A DNA stretch of 64,000 nucleotides from Candidatus Moranbacteria bacterium RIFOXYB1_FULL_43_19 (GCA_001784875.1 MFSH01000023.1:33969-97968), one strand, 5' to 3'; shown: positions 9,231 to 20,310, counted from the stretch's first letter. Numbers and translations are program-made. Notes: generated from the letters alone by a model not told the origin.

Positions 9231-9707
9231 TTATTCTACGATCAATTTTCCGACCATTCCTTGCTGGCGATGAGTGGGAACGCTGCAATAATATTCAAAC
9301 GTTCCTATCTTGTCAGCGACGAATTCAATCGAATCGCTCTGGCCGGTTTGAACAACTTTCGTTCTGGCGTTGAATTCTTCTATGACCCAGTCGTGCATTC
9401 CCAGAGTGACAGCCAGATTAATTCTTACTCTATCACCTTTTTTCACTTTTATTTCTTTGATAGAAAATTCAAAGGGTTTGGCGGAGACGTCAAAAGATTT
9501 CACGCTTTGGTTGTCAGCCGAAGATTCTTTTGGAGCGTCAGTTGGAGTGCCCTGAGAGAGAGTTGCGGAATCCTTATTTCCGCCCCGGGAGAAAAGGATT
9601 ATTCCAATGATTGCAGCCGCAACTACTGCAATCCAAACCATCGAATTGCCTTTTGCCGGCATTTCATTTTGGTCTTTTTGCTCCTCGCTTGTTTCTTTTT
9701 CTTCCAT
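9231..9707 (-). CDS. membrane-anchored cupredoxin (blue copper protein, plastocyanin/amicyanin-like)
   Basis: Type-1 Cu ligand pattern H (GMHDW)...C-x2-H-x4-M (YYCSVPTHRQQGM); N-terminal TM anchor. Confidence 0.75.
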   Translation of the reverse strand: MEEKETSEEQKDQNEMPAKGNSMVWIAVVAAAIIGIILFSRGGNKDSATLSQGTPTDAPKESSADNQSVKSFDVSAKPFEFSIKEIKVKKGDRVRINLAVTLGMHDWVIEEFNARTKVVQTGQSDSIEFVADKIGTFEYYCSVPTHRQQGMVGKLIVE

Positions 9708-9779
9708 ATTTTTAGCTTGAATATCATGGGTTATAAATATTGATAAATTTCTGTCCTAATACTAAATAATACCATATAT

Positions 9780-11027
9780 TTGTCAAATTATTTCAGAGTT
9801 GCGGCAACCCTGGCTGGTTTAAATAATAAGCATATGGAAGGGTTTCTCTTGGTCTTGCGTAAATATAGTAATATGGAAGAAGAAAATTCAAAAAATAATT
9901 ATGGAAGAAGATCTGGCGTTTTTGTTTGGATTAAGGCTTTTATAGCGGTCGGAATCATTCTTTTTGCCTATCAATGGATCAACAATGCAGGTTGGGCAAG
10001 CAAAAGCATAATTGACTCCGAGCTCACGCTTGGAATTTCTTTTCTAACTGGGGTAGCAGCTTCCTTTTCAACATGCCTCGCCGTTGTCGGAGGAATGGTC
10101 ATTGCTTTTTCAGAAAAGTACGAATCCCGGGACAAAAATTTTTTTGCCGGAGTGATTCGGCCGAATCTATATTTCCACATTGGCCGACTGATAACCTTTT
10201 TTTTCTTGGGAGGAATTCTGGGCTTCGTCGGAGGAACGCTCAATATCAGCGGAAATTTTGTCTCCATGTACACCATTGTCTTCGCTGTTGTGATGGGCTG
10301 GCTGGGTCTCAATATTTTAGGAATCCTTCCTCCAATTTCGGCGCTCGGCTGGCGGATGCCAAAAAGCCTGACAAGACTTTGGGCAAAAATGGAAAATTCA
10401 GAGCACCAGGCAGCGCCGTTTCTTTTGGGCGGGCTCACTTTTTTTCTACCTTGCGGGTTTACCCAGAGCACCCAAGTTCTGGCTCTGGTTTCGGGAAGTT
10501 TTTTCGCCGGCGCGCTGGGACTTTTACTTTTTGCGCTGGGAACGATGCCGGTTCTCATGGCGGTGGGAGTTGCCACTTCCTGGGCGCGAAACAAAAAATT
10601 CGAAACTTTTCAGAAAGCGGCCGGAATTCTTATTATCTTTTTTGCGATATTTTCATTTCAAGCGGGTCTAGCGCTCAAAAGTGTGAAAAAAAATGTGATT
10701 TCTAATCCGGTTTCAAATTCAGAAAAAACGCAACTCTCCAAAGTCTTGCCAAACAATTTAGCTGAAAACCAAACGGTGGAAATGAGTGTTACGAGTCGCG
10801 GTTTTGAGCCGGGCAGCTTAAAAATAAAAAAAGGCACGCCGGTCCGCTGGATTATCAGGGGGGTTTCCGTCAGTGGTTGCACCAACCAGATTATTATCCC
10901 CAGTCTGGATATTGCTAAAAACATCAGTTCCGGTGAGAATATAATCAGTTTTGTTCCTCCGGACGTACGTGAAATTCCTTTCAGCTGTGGAATGGGAATG
11001 GTACGTGGGAAATTTATTCTTGAATAA
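9780..11027 (+). CDS. CcdA/DsbD-like polytopic membrane protein fused to C-terminal cupredoxin-like domain
   Basis: TM Cys residues ([15 protein letters not shown]) typical of DsbD_2/CcdA-like proteins; C-terminal beta-domain ending [15 protein letters not shown]; true start likely internal (MEGF/MEEEN). Confidence 0.6.
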   Translation: MSNYFRVAATLAGLNNKHMEGFLLVLRKYSNMEEENSKNNYGRRSGVFVWIKAFIAVGIILFAYQWINNAGWASKSIIDSELTLGISFLTGVAASFSTCLAVVGGMVIAFSEKYESRDKNFFAGVIRPNLYFHIGRLITFFFLGGILGFVGGTLNISGNFVSMYTIVFAVVMGWLGLNILGILPPISALGWRMPKSLTRLWAKMENSEHQAAPFLLGGLTFFLPCGFTQSTQVLALVSGSFFAGALGLLLFALGTMPVLMAVGVATSWARNKKFETFQKAAGILIIFFAIFSFQAGLALKSVKKNVISNPVSNSEKTQLSKVLPNNLAENQTVEMSVTSRGFEPGSLKIKKGTPVRWIIRGVSVSGCTNQIIIPSLDIAKNISSGENIISFVPPDVREIPFSCGMGMVRGKFILE

Positions 11028-11095
11028 ATTTCCCAAAGTTCAAAGTTCAAGATGAAAAAATAAAAATTTTTGGGTCCCGCTCTTCGGGACAGCTT

Positions 11096-13312
11096 ATGCT
11101 TATGAATCGCAAAAAGACGATGGTAACAATTTCCGGAATGACTTGCGCGAGTTGTGCCGTTTCGAACGAAAAAGAACTCTTGAAAACAAAGGGCATTTTG
11201 GACGCGTCGGTGAATTTCGCGGCCAAAAAGGCCTTTGTCGAATACGACGCGGACGAATTGAGCGAAGATGATGTAAAGAAGGTAATCAAAGACAACGGAT
11301 ACCAAATCGTGGAGCACGAAGAACATAGCATAAAACACAAACACGCCATGGTTATGGAAAACGGCGGTCACGAACATGCCAGCGAAGACATCAAAAATAA
11401 TTGGCAGGCATTTCTTTGGTCGGCCGTTTTTAGCCTGCCGCTTGTTTTGGAAATGGTTTATCAAATCCGGGCTGGTAAAAATATCCTTGGCATTGATCAG
11501 GTGATGTGGCTGCATCTCGTTTTGGCAACGTTTGTTGTTTTATTGTTCGGCTGGAGATTTCACCGAATGGCGTTCATGCAAGCCAAAAAATTTCGGGCCA
11601 ATATGGACACCCTGATATCGCTTGGAACGCTTACGGCTTATTTTTTCAGTTTGTGGGCAATTTTCAACGGGCGGGAGAGTTATCTTGAATCAGCTGCGCT
11701 TATAATCACATTCATTCTTCTCGGTAAATATTTTGAAGCCAAAAGCACGGGACAAGCCGGAGAGGCAATGCGCAAACTCTTGGAGCTGGGAGCAAAAAGA
11801 GCCCGCGTGGTTACGGAGGCCGGAGAAAAAGAAGTGCTCGTCGACGAGATAAAAGTTGGCGATGTGATTGTGGTGAAACCGGGCGAAAAAATTCCACTCG
11901 ACGGAATTGTTCTTGAAGGGGAATCCAACGTGGACGAATCTATGCTCACAGGCGAATCATTGCCGGTAGAAAAGAAAAAATTTTCCTCGATTTTTGGGGC
12001 AACGGTCAATCAGGATGGCGTGCTAAAAATAAAAGTGATGCAGATCGGAGAGCAGACAGTACTGGCGCAGATTATCAAAACCGTTGAGCAAGCACAGAGT
12101 TCGAAAGCTCCCATTCAAAAATTGGCTGACAAGATTTCTGGAATTTTTGTGCCAATTGTGATTGTTCTGGCTGCCATATCTTTCATCGGCTGGTATGGTT
12201 TTTCGGCTGATTTCACAAAAGCTCTGATCAATGCGGTGGCGGTTTTGGTGATTGCCTGTCCCTGCGCTTTGGGCCTTGCGACGCCAGCGGCAATCATGGT
12301 TGGAACGGGAAGGGGTGCGAAGCAAGGAATACTTTTCAAAAACGGGGAAAGCTTCGAAAGGGCAAAAGATATATCGATGATTGTGTTTGACAAAACGGGC
12401 ACGCTGACGAAAGGTCGGCCGGAAGTTGAAAGAGTTTTTGTGAATCCCGGCTTTAATTTCTCGAAGGATAAAATTTTAAAGATAGCGGGGAGCTTGGCGA
12501 AGCATTCCGAACACCCTCTTTCGAAGGCCGTAGCTGATTATATACACAAGAAAAATATTGCCCCAGTGGACATGAAAAATATCAAAGAGGAAAGGGGGAA
12601 AGGAATTTCGGCAGTTTGCGAGGAACACGGAACAAAATTGCTTTTGGGGAATAGAAAACTTTTAGAAGATAACAAAATTGACACAACGTGGGCGCAGGAC
12701 ATTCTGGAATCGGAAGAATTTCAATCTGGAACAAAATTATTTGTTGCGCATGGCAATGAAACCGTGGGCGCGATTGCAGTGGCGGATGAATTGCGAAATG
12801 AAGCGAAAGAAGCTCTGGGCAAGCTGAAAAAGATGGGACTGAAGATTGGAATGATGACAGGCGACAGCAAAAAAACGGCTGAACATATTGCCAAGGCCCT
12901 GGAAATAAAAGATGTCCGAGCTGAAGTTTTGCCCTCGGAGAAGGCGAATGAAATAAAAAGACTTCAGAGTATTGGGGAGAAGGTTGTTTTCGTGGGCGAT
13001 GGGATCAATGACGCGCCGAGCCTTGTTCAGGCTGATCTTGGAATTGCCATGGGATCAGCACAGGATATTGCCAAAGAGGCGGGACAGATTATTCTTGTCC
13101 ACAATAATCTCAAGAAAGTTGTTGAGGCCGTTGCAGTATCCAGGCTTACTTTCAAAACTATCCGCCAGAATCTTTTCTGGGCGTTCGGATATAATGTCGT
13201 TGCTATTCCACTCGCCATGGCCGGGTTCCTGAATCCCATTATTGCGGCGGGAGCTATGGCTTTTTCTTCTGTTTCAGTGGTGTTGAACAGTTTGAGGATT
13301 TATCGGAAATGA
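11096..13312 (+). CDS. copA: copper-translocating P1B-type ATPase
   Basis: N-terminal [17 protein letters not shown] motif ([11 protein letters not shown]), DKTGTLT phosphorylation site, GDGINDAP hinge. Confidence 0.9.
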   Translation: MLMNRKKTMVTISGMTCASCAVSNEKELLKTKGILDASVNFAAKKAFVEYDADELSEDDVKKVIKDNGYQIVEHEEHSIKHKHAMVMENGGHEHASEDIKNNWQAFLWSAVFSLPLVLEMVYQIRAGKNILGIDQVMWLHLVLATFVVLLFGWRFHRMAFMQAKKFRANMDTLISLGTLTAYFFSLWAIFNGRESYLESAALIITFILLGKYFEAKSTGQAGEAMRKLLELGAKRARVVTEAGEKEVLVDEIKVGDVIVVKPGEKIPLDGIVLEGESNVDESMLTGESLPVEKKKFSSIFGATVNQDGVLKIKVMQIGEQTVLAQIIKTVEQAQSSKAPIQKLADKISGIFVPIVIVLAAISFIGWYGFSADFTKALINAVAVLVIACPCALGLATPAAIMVGTGRGAKQGILFKNGESFERAKDISMIVFDKTGTLTKGRPEVERVFVNPGFNFSKDKILKIAGSLAKHSEHPLSKAVADYIHKKNIAPVDMKNIKEERGKGISAVCEEHGTKLLLGNRKLLEDNKIDTTWAQDILESEEFQSGTKLFVAHGNETVGAIAVADELRNEAKEALGKLKKMGLKIGMMTGDSKKTAEHIAKALEIKDVRAEVLPSEKANEIKRLQSIGEKVVFVGDGINDAPSLVQADLGIAMGSAQDIAKEAGQIILVHNNLKKVVEAVAVSRLTFKTIRQNLFWAFGYNVVAIPLAMAGFLNPIIAAGAMAFSSVSVVLNSLRIYRK

Positions 13313-13464
13313 AAAAGCAGGAAAGAAACCTTTTTTTATTTCCGACTTTAGAGATTATTTCGAAAACGTGAACTCCGAACCACGATATTGTTTCCGAAGG
13401 TGCCGGAATTTTGATTTATCTTTAATTTTCAGCGATACGTTATTTTCCGCTCGACTCCCCAAAG

Positions 13465-14544
13465 CTATTGTGGTGCGAGGGTGAAAGTATTGAGCAATGC
13501 TCCGTCCGGCCCATGGGTTTCGACCGTGATAGCTTTCCCGTTCACCTTCACAAGGCCAAAGCGGCCCTGTCCTTGGTTCGCGTATTCGGCGACGCCCGCG
13601 ACGGGAAGGTCATGATTGAAAGAATCAGTATTTCCGAAAACGAACTGATAAACTCCTCCGATTTTCCGGCGGCTGACGATATGTTCATGACCGTTGAAAA
13701 CAGCTTTCACGTTGTGCTTTTCCAAAATTCGCCAAAGAGCGTTGCGCTCCGCGGGATCAAAATCCAAGCTCTCAGTCATTTTCGAGCTTACTGGATAAGC
13801 CGGCTCATGAAAAAAGACGAAAGTATTTTCTTTCTTGGTTGCAGCTAAATCCCTTTCCAGCCAATCTCTTTGGGTACTGTTAATCTTGTGTTCATCTGGC
13901 TTGTCGCTGTCCAGAAATACAAAATGGGAATTCTTGAGATCAAGAGAATAGGCAAATTCAGTGAATCCGCTTGGTCCGTTAATCGGGAAACTGAAGGCAT
14001 CCGCCCAGAATTGGTCACACTCATCCATATTCTCCACCCGGTCATGATTTCCTTGAACGGCGTAGGTTTTCTCTGCCAGCGGACCCAGAATATTTTTCCA
14101 GTTAGCATAATCCCGATTATTGTCACTTTTTCCCTTGCAGTTGCTAACGAGATCCCCAGTAGCGATAACAAGATCGGGATTTTTTTCTTTTATCCGAGCT
14201 ACCGCTTTTTGAAAATTGCCCTTCGAATTTCCGGCAGTGAATCTTTGCGTGTCGCCGAGAATGGCGAAAGTGAAGCCATTATCGCCGAAATTTTCTGCAG
14301 TCTTATTTTTATCTCCAGAAAAAGGATTGGAAACAGCCTCTTCAATTTTCTCAGCTTCTTTCTTGATGTCATCCAGTACATCCGCCAAAACTCCCCGAAA
14401 CGATTTGATCTCGGGTGCGAAAGAATTTCCAGCTAGCTGATCTGAAGTTGGCGTTGTCTTTTTCAGAACAACCAAAAAATACACCAGACCGGCCAGGACA
14501 GCGAGAGCAGCAAAGATGGCAATGCCGACTAAGAATTTTTTCAT
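13465..14544 (-). CDS. membrane-anchored calcineurin-like metallophosphoesterase
   Basis: GDTQ, GDLV, GNHD, HEP, GHEH metallophosphatase motifs in order; N-terminal TM helix. Confidence 0.8.
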   Translation of the reverse strand: MKKFLVGIAIFAALAVLAGLVYFLVVLKKTTPTSDQLAGNSFAPEIKSFRGVLADVLDDIKKEAEKIEEAVSNPFSGDKNKTAENFGDNGFTFAILGDTQRFTAGNSKGNFQKAVARIKEKNPDLVIATGDLVSNCKGKSDNNRDYANWKNILGPLAEKTYAVQGNHDRVENMDECDQFWADAFSFPINGPSGFTEFAYSLDLKNSHFVFLDSDKPDEHKINSTQRDWLERDLAATKKENTFVFFHEPAYPVSSKMTESLDFDPAERNALWRILEKHNVKAVFNGHEHIVSRRKIGGVYQFVFGNTDSFNHDLPVAGVAEYANQGQGRFGLVKVNGKAITVETHGPDGALLNTFTLAPQ

Positions 14545-14635
14545 AGAGGCAGTTTTATTATAGCACCAAAAAACGAAAACATAACCAGACGAGCCCAGCT
14601 ATGTTTTTAGTACGCTATTTATAAAGATTATTTTG

Positions 14636-15061
14636 CTATTGGGCCGGAGTGTCACCTCCAGAAAAGGCTAAATATGGCATGAAAATAATCGGAATAAGAA
14701 CGGCCAGCACTCCCCAAACGGCTGATTTCCCAAGTCTTCTGGCAATGTCAATCCAGACCACGAAATTAAGGACGACTCCAGCAATATTAATAATCGGTAC
14801 CAGCCAGAAAATGAGCCACCACATCGGACGCCCCGCAATCTGGAGCATCAGAACGAGATTCAGGATTGGAATCCAAGCAAACCAGGCATTTTCCGTGTTT
14901 GTGCGCTTCGCGATTTTCATAAGCGAAATTGCCATCAGAACATAGATAACAAGAATGAACAGCAATACGAACAAGAACATTCCGCCGGCCAGCAAGGCCA
15001 TCCCGCCCGCGGCGGCAGCCGGCACGTCACTTGAATACTGCATATTGTATGTCGGGTCCAT
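14636..15061 (-). CDS. small polytopic membrane protein of unknown function
   Basis: 141 aa, 3-4 TM helices (WFAWIPILNLVLML, WWLIFWLVPIINIAG). Confidence 0.5.
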   Translation of the reverse strand: MDPTYNMQYSSDVPAAAAGGMALLAGGMFLFVLLFILVIYVLMAISLMKIAKRTNTENAWFAWIPILNLVLMLQIAGRPMWWLIFWLVPIINIAGVVLNFVVWIDIARRLGKSAVWGVLAVLIPIIFMPYLAFSGGDTPAQ

Positions 15062-15216
15062 AAGTCACCTCCCTTCGTTATTTTTGTTTTACCTGTTTTT
15101 ATGATACCAGAAAACAAAAAATAGACCAAAAAGAAAAAAATAAACAGCTAAAAGTAGCGCAAATGGTATCTTTCTTGGTATAATTTACAGGAAAGCTACT
15201 CGTATTTTTCAAGGGC

Positions 15217-15807
15217 ATGCTATCCAGGAGACTCAAAAAGATAAATTTGAGCCCATTCCAAAAAGTCAAATGGGAACCGGAAAAGGCGAAAACAACGGCT
15301 TTAGTCTTGCTCGGCGCTTTTGTCTTTGGAGTTTCTTTTTTGGGGAGTGGAAAAATTCTGTTTGATTTCAACCAAAAGGAAAGGCAGAGTATGCTTGGCA
15401 GCCAGCTAGAAGAATATGGCTTTGGAAATGCCCTGGCGGCCGAGAATCAAGAAAACGAAAATATACTCCATTCCGAAGAATTTTTTTTCCCCGAAGAAAG
15501 ACAGGTTTCCGAAGTGATGTCGGAGGCAGCTGGTTCGGTGAAGATTTTAGCCATCAAAAAAGCAAAAGCGGAAGCAGCTGCCAGAAAACTCGCTGCGGAA
15601 AAAGCTTTGAGACGGAGCGCTCCGATTCTTTCAGGATCAACAAAAAAACTTCCCAACGGGCTTCGGGTTTGCACCGGAAACAGCGATCATCCGCAAAGGG
15701 GAGGAGCGACGCACATGGACGAGGACTGTTGTGCCGACTACAATGAAACTCCCAATCCGCGCTGTTACTATAGCCCAGAAAAGATGGGAATTTTAAAGAA
15801 AAAATGA
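15217..15807 (+). CDS. membrane-anchored secreted protein, paralog family member B (shorter) with C-terminal Cys/His motif
   Basis: C-terminus VCTGNSDHPQRGGATHMDEDCCADYNETPNPRCYY matches motif of 6047..7045 and 22088..23068. Confidence 0.55.
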   Translation: MLSRRLKKINLSPFQKVKWEPEKAKTTALVLLGAFVFGVSFLGSGKILFDFNQKERQSMLGSQLEEYGFGNALAAENQENENILHSEEFFFPEERQVSEVMSEAAGSVKILAIKKAKAEAAARKLAAEKALRRSAPILSGSTKKLPNGLRVCTGNSDHPQRGGATHMDEDCCADYNETPNPRCYYSPEKMGILKKK

Positions 15808-15887
15808 GGCAGATAATTATTTATTTTCCACAAAAAGAGAAAGGGCGGATCCGTGCGGATCCGCCCTGTTTAGATGGGAAAAAATAA

Positions 15888-16190
15888 CTAGGAGGGTTGC
15901 CTGATGTTCAGGGTGAGTGGAGAGAAATCGGCCAGTAGGCTTTGCATCTCTATTGGCGTCAGGAAATGCCCGCAATTGTCGATATTGTTGAATCCGAGGA
16001 CGGTAGTTTTGCTTAATCCGTCCCGGCACGGCACGATTTGTCCCACGGTATACGAATGACCGTTTAATTTCACGACGTTGCCCTTGATTCTCAGTTGCGA
16101 GAGTGGCATTCCGCGATTTTCGGGCATCGCGAGAATATTCACTATGCACTTTGGACATGCATAAACTTCATCCTTGGTCTCTCCGGCCAT
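15888..16190 (-). CDS. hypothetical Cys-containing protein (CPKC...C...C)
   Basis: ORF 15888..16310; likely start MAGETKD; no recognisable family. Confidence 0.3.
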   Translation of the reverse strand: MAGETKDEVYACPKCIVNILAMPENRGMPLSQLRIKGNVVKLNGHSYTVGQIVPCRDGLSKTTVLGFNNIDNCGHFLTPIEMQSLLADFSPLTLNIRQPS

Positions 16191-16334
16191 GGCTCCTCCC
16201 AATTTTTTCCCAAAATTATACCAGCTTCGATGAGCTGGACTTTTTTCTGTCTTAATTTTATAAAAAAATAAAACAGATGGCAACACGCTAGAAAATTTAT
16301 GTCTTGACAAAGAACTCCCGGTAGTTTTCGATTT

Positions 16335-16922
16335 TTATTGTCTCTGGCACAACCCAACTAATTCTGTTTGTTCGATGATATGTCCCGCGATTGCTTTTTC
16401 GATATCGGTTTTTTTGGCAGACGAGTTGAATTTCAGCACTTCGTCCAAAGCATACAGCGTAAAGTGATAATGATGAATTCCGGAAGGCGGGCAAGGGCTT
16501 GTCCAACCTATTTTTCCTCCGCTGTTTGTTCCTTCGGTCCCGCTTGGCGGCTTTGAATTTTCTCTTATTTCTTTGAGCGCCGGGCTCATATTGAAAATAA
16601 TCCAATGGGTGAATCCTCCGGGCCCCGGCGCATCAGGGTCATGAGCGATAAGTGCCAGGCTCAAAGTGTCCTTGGGAACTCCCTCAAGCGCCAGCTGGGG
16701 ATTGATACCTTCGCCATCGCAGGTAAATTTCGGCGGAATGCTTCCGTTGTTTTCGAAAGAGGGGCTGGTAATTTTCATATTGCTTGGCTTAGTTGTTATT
16801 TTTTTTTCAAAGGTCACGGGGGAACTTTGGCTGTCTGAAGCTAAAAATTTATTCGTCAGAAACAAAAAGAATCCCGTGGCTGTTATTGCAATGACGAATA
16901 TAAAATATTTCGAAGTATTCAT
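16335..16922 (-). CDS. YbhB/YbcL family PEBP (Raf kinase inhibitor-like) protein, secreted
   Basis: HDPDAP..GFTHWIIFN and C-terminal HHYHFTLYALD PEBP motifs; N-terminal signal/TM. Confidence 0.8.
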   Translation of the reverse strand: MNTSKYFIFVIAITATGFFLFLTNKFLASDSQSSPVTFEKKITTKPSNMKITSPSFENNGSIPPKFTCDGEGINPQLALEGVPKDTLSLALIAHDPDAPGPGGFTHWIIFNMSPALKEIRENSKPPSGTEGTNSGGKIGWTSPCPPSGIHHYHFTLYALDEVLKFNSSAKKTDIEKAIAGHIIEQTELVGLCQRQ

Positions 16923-16970
16923 GGTATAATTATCTTGGATATAGCTTCATTATATTATATCCAATGCATT

Positions 16971-18281
16971 ATGAAAATACTTATTCTTGACAGTGGCGGA
17001 CGTGGAGATGCGCTGGGATGGTGCTTTAAGCGGGATCCAAGAGTGAAAGAAGTTTTCTGCTTGCCTGGAAACGCAGGAATGGAAAAAAATGGCATTATCG
17101 TGAAGCCGGATGTTCGGGCACCGGGAGAAATTGCCCGTTTTGCTCTGGAGAAAAAAATTGATTTGGCCGTCGGTGGATCGGAAGGGATTTTAAGCGCGGG
17201 AATTGTCGATATTTTTGGAAAACATAAAATTCCCATCGTGGGGCCGAGCAAAGTTGCCACAATTTTAGAGGCAAGCAAGGGCTACACGGATATATTGTGC
17301 AGCGAGGTCGGTGTTCCTGTTCCGGAGTTTGAAATTTTTGAAGATCCGGTAAAAGCAAAGGCATATATAAAATCATTGGCGCATGAGGTCGTGGTGAAAT
17401 GCGACGGGCTGGCTGAAGGAAAAGGAGCAATCGTTTGCGATTCTCAAAAAGAAGCAAGTGAGGCAGTGGACCGGGTGCTTGAAATGCAGCGCATTGGGAA
17501 ATGGGGTGGAAAAAGTGTTGTTATCCAAAAAAGGATTTGTGGACGCGAACTTTCCTTTTTCTGTATTACCGACGGCTATACACTTGTTCCGCTTCCGGTT
17601 GCCCAAGACTATAAGCGGGCATTTGACGGTGACCAGGGGAAAAACACCGGCGGCATGGGTTCCTATTCTCCGCATGAATGGGAGGGGGAAAAACTCACCA
17701 AAATCGTGACGGAGAAAATCGCCGCGCCTCTTCTTAAGGGTTTTCGCGATAAACGGAACATAACCTATCGGGGGTTCATATATTTTGGGCTCATTTTTGA
17801 AGATGAGAATATTGAAAAGCCGGTTCTTCTCGAAATAAATGTTCGTCTTGGTGACCCGGAAGCGGAAGTGATTATGCCTCGACTCAAAACGCCGCTTCTT
17901 GATATCTCGCGAGCTCTTCTTGAGAATAAATTGGGCGATTTGAAAATAGAATTCTTGAGCGATTATTTTTGCGACGTGGTTGCGGCTAGTGGCGAAGTGA
18001 AAAGCGCTGGGAAAGGAAAATACCCTGGCTATCCGGGCCGCTATAAGATCGGCTTTCCGATCAGGGGATATTTTGAAAATGATTTCAGATCCCTCACTTT
18101 TTCAGCCGGGATCACGAAAGACGCCGAAGGGAAATATATGACTTCCGGGGGGAGAGTTGCTCATTTGGTCGGATGGGGAGCAACCCTTGAAAATGCGCGA
18201 AAAATGGTTTATGCTGAAATGGAGAAAACAAGTTTTGAAGGGATGCGCTTTCGAAAAGATATTGGTAATTTTTTGAAATAA
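16971..18281 (+). CDS. purD: phosphoribosylamine--glycine ligase
   Basis: MKILILDSGGRGDALGW N-domain, ATP-grasp core, C-terminal GGRV; start taken at MKILIL. Confidence 0.9.
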   Translation: MKILILDSGGRGDALGWCFKRDPRVKEVFCLPGNAGMEKNGIIVKPDVRAPGEIARFALEKKIDLAVGGSEGILSAGIVDIFGKHKIPIVGPSKVATILEASKGYTDILCSEVGVPVPEFEIFEDPVKAKAYIKSLAHEVVVKCDGLAEGKGAIVCDSQKEASEAVDRVLEMQRIGKWGGKSVVIQKRICGRELSFFCITDGYTLVPLPVAQDYKRAFDGDQGKNTGGMGSYSPHEWEGEKLTKIVTEKIAAPLLKGFRDKRNITYRGFIYFGLIFEDENIEKPVLLEINVRLGDPEAEVIMPRLKTPLLDISRALLENKLGDLKIEFLSDYFCDVVAASGEVKSAGKGKYPGYPGRYKIGFPIRGYFENDFRSLTFSAGITKDAEGKYMTSGGRVAHLVGWGATLENARKMVYAEMEKTSFEGMRFRKDIGNFLK

Positions 18282-18302
18282 TCATCAAGTTGTGATCAGG
18301 CA

Positions 18303-19067
18303 ATGAGATTAATTGGCAGATCATTTTTCGGAGGGATGCTAGCTTTTAATATTCTTTTCCTTTCCGGGTGCCTTTTTAAGGACATTCAAAGGCCGGCGGT
18401 TCTTCGGAGTGCCGATGAATACAATGTGAAAGGCTATCAGGATCGCCAGCCGGAGGATCCCGAGGCAGAAAAAAGGCTTTCGGTCAGCGTTTCCGGAGGA
18501 GGCGGCAACGAGCAGTCCCAAGAATCCCAAACAGACCAGGAAAAAAATAGTCTTAATCCTGATCAACCTTCAGCTATGCAAATCGACCAGAACAAAAATT
18601 ATTCAGCTGTTCTCAAAACTGGTCAAGGCGACATTACCATCGATCTCGACGTAAAAAAAACGCCCAAAACAGTCAATAATTTCGTTTCTCTCGCGCGGGA
18701 CGGATTTTACAGCGGTACGATTTTCCACCGGGTCATCAAAGATTTCATGATCCAGGGCGGTGATCCAAGTGGTGACGGAACAGGCGGCCCGGGATATAAA
18801 TTCGACGATGAAAATCTCGAAGGAAAATATACTCGGGGGACAGTGGCGATGGCTAATTCCGGTCCGAACACGAACGGCAGCCAGTTTTTCATCATTCACA
18901 ATGACTATGATCTTCCCAACCAATATGTCATTTTCGGACATGTTTCGAGCGGAATGGACACTGTCGACAAAATTGCAAGCGCGGAAGTGACTACGTCGAG
19001 CTCAATGGAAAGATCCAAACCGGTGAGCCCGGTGAAAATTGATTCGGTGGAAATTTTGGAAAAATAG
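18303..19067 (+). CDS. ppiB: cyclophilin-type peptidyl-prolyl cis-trans isomerase, lipoprotein-like N-terminus
   Basis: FHRVIKDFMIQGGDP, GTVAMANSGPNTNGSQFFI cyclophilin signatures; LSGC lipobox. Confidence 0.85.
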   Translation: MRLIGRSFFGGMLAFNILFLSGCLFKDIQRPAVLRSADEYNVKGYQDRQPEDPEAEKRLSVSVSGGGGNEQSQESQTDQEKNSLNPDQPSAMQIDQNKNYSAVLKTGQGDITIDLDVKKTPKTVNNFVSLARDGFYSGTIFHRVIKDFMIQGGDPSGDGTGGPGYKFDDENLEGKYTRGTVAMANSGPNTNGSQFFIIHNDYDLPNQYVIFGHVSSGMDTVDKIASAEVTTSSSMERSKPVSPVKIDSVEILEK

Positions 19068-19070
19068 CTT

Positions 19071-19091
19071 TTCCAAGACTTAGTCTTGGAA
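19071..19091. repeat. perfect palindromic hairpin element TTCCAAGAC-TTA-GTCTTGGAA (same element found in-frame inside ileS)
   Basis: Intergenic between ppiB(+) and 19158..19496(-); 19-nt identity to 50724..50742. Confidence 0.7.
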
Positions 19092-19157
19092 AAAAATAAG
19101 CCTTCCCGTGGGAAGGCTTCTAAGTTTTTGTGGCGAAATGCAGGCAGAATAGATCCT

Positions 19158-19496
19158 CTAAGATTCTTGCACCTCGATCGCCTCGAGGGGGTAGAGGTGT
19201 TTCCCGTGTGGGTCGGCATATTCGGGCGGCCAGACGAACCGGATTCGCAGAGGCTGCCCGCTTTTGCTTCTGAACAGATCAGCTACGTGAAAGACGGAAT
19301 GCTCGGTAGACTTGCCCGAATCTTTGGGAACATGGTTCCGGACAACCACACTCTCGATGACGAGGATTTTATTGCGAAGGTGCCTGCTTTCGATGCGGAT
19401 TTTGAGCCGTTGCCCAACCGGGATTTTGAGATGGTGCATGAGCTGCACAAAAGCGCTGGGGCCTTCAAAACGTGTCGCTGCTACTTCATTTTTCAT
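19158..19496 (-). CDS. hypothetical protein
   Basis: 112-aa ORF; 23 nt downstream of 19520..19825 on same strand (probable operon); family not recognised. Confidence 0.4.
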   Translation of the reverse strand: MKNEVAATRFEGPSAFVQLMHHLKIPVGQRLKIRIESRHLRNKILVIESVVVRNHVPKDSGKSTEHSVFHVADLFRSKSGQPLRIRFVWPPEYADPHGKHLYPLEAIEVQES

Positions 19497-19519
19497 GCAG
19501 TCTCTCCCTACGGTCGGAC

Positions 19520-19825
19520 TCAGGTTTTGAAATCGACACGCACTTTTTCGGTGCCGAAATTTTCCTTGAAAAGTTCTTCAAAGGCCTCTTTCAAATTTTT
19601 CGGCTCAAATTGAGGGACGGATCCTTTCGGCCATCTTACTTCGCAGAAAACGCCCTCTTTGGAATCCATAAAACGGAGAGGCTGTTGAAATAGAACAATC
19701 ATCTTCTCCGCTTGGAATCCGCATGCCGTGCGAATCAGTTGTTTTATTTGGTTTTTAATAAACTCCGTTGTTTCGGAATTTGTTCCCTCCATGACGCCAA
19801 AGATAAGGCAAACCAGATATTCCAT
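19520..19825 (-). CDS. hypothetical small alpha/beta protein
   Basis: 101-aa ORF; family not recognised. Confidence 0.4.
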   Translation of the reverse strand: MEYLVCLIFGVMEGTNSETTEFIKNQIKQLIRTACGFQAEKMIVLFQQPLRFMDSKEGVFCEVRWPKGSVPQFEPKNLKEAFEELFKENFGTEKVRVDFKT

Positions 19826-19944
19826 AGCCCCTCACCTCCCATTGAGTATTTTTCTTGTTTCCAACCTAGCACGCCCGACGGGAAGAAATCAAGCACGGAG
19901 CCAATTTGATTTTTCCTCCGAAAATCGGTAGGCTAAAGGCAGAA

Positions 19945-20310
19945 ATGAGAAAAATATATTATCGAAAACTCATTCGCGACAAGATTCCTGAAAAAATGAC
20001 ACGGGTCGGAGCAGCGTATGAATCCAGAAAACTTGGAAAGAAAGAATTCGAGAACGAAATCTTGAAAAAAGTCGGGGAAGAGGCGAGTGGTCTTCTTGCA
20101 GCGAAAAATAAAGAAGAAATTATCGAAGAGCTAGCGGATGTTTTGGACGTGGCCGAAGAAATCCGGCGGCATTGGAAAATCAAACCCTCGTGTCTCGCAA
20201 ATATGCAAAAAGAAAACGCCCGCAAAAAAGGAGGTTTCAAGAAAAAAATCTACCTTGTCTGGTCGGAAGACACGGGATACAGGACGAACGAAAGGAAAAA
20301 TTGGAAATAA
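19945..20310 (+). CDS. MazG-like / PRA-PH-like nucleotide pyrophosphohydrolase (all-alpha NTP-PPase)
   Basis: YRKLIRDKIPE...EELADVLDVAEEI pattern typical of MazG/HisE-like NTP pyrophosphatases; start taken at MRKIYY. Confidence 0.55.
   Translation: MRKIYYRKLIRDKIPEKMTRVGAAYESRKLGKKEFENEILKKVGEEASGLLAAKNKEEIIEELADVLDVAEEIRRHWKIKPSCLANMQKENARKKGGFKKKIYLVWSEDTGYRTNERKNWK

Noticed and set aside
19086-19613. 175-aa plus-strand ORF
   Set aside because: Overlaps two tandem minus-strand ORFs (19158..19496, 19520..19825) that fit a compact operon with a 23-nt gap. The plus ORF begins inside the ppiB terminator hairpin; judged spurious.
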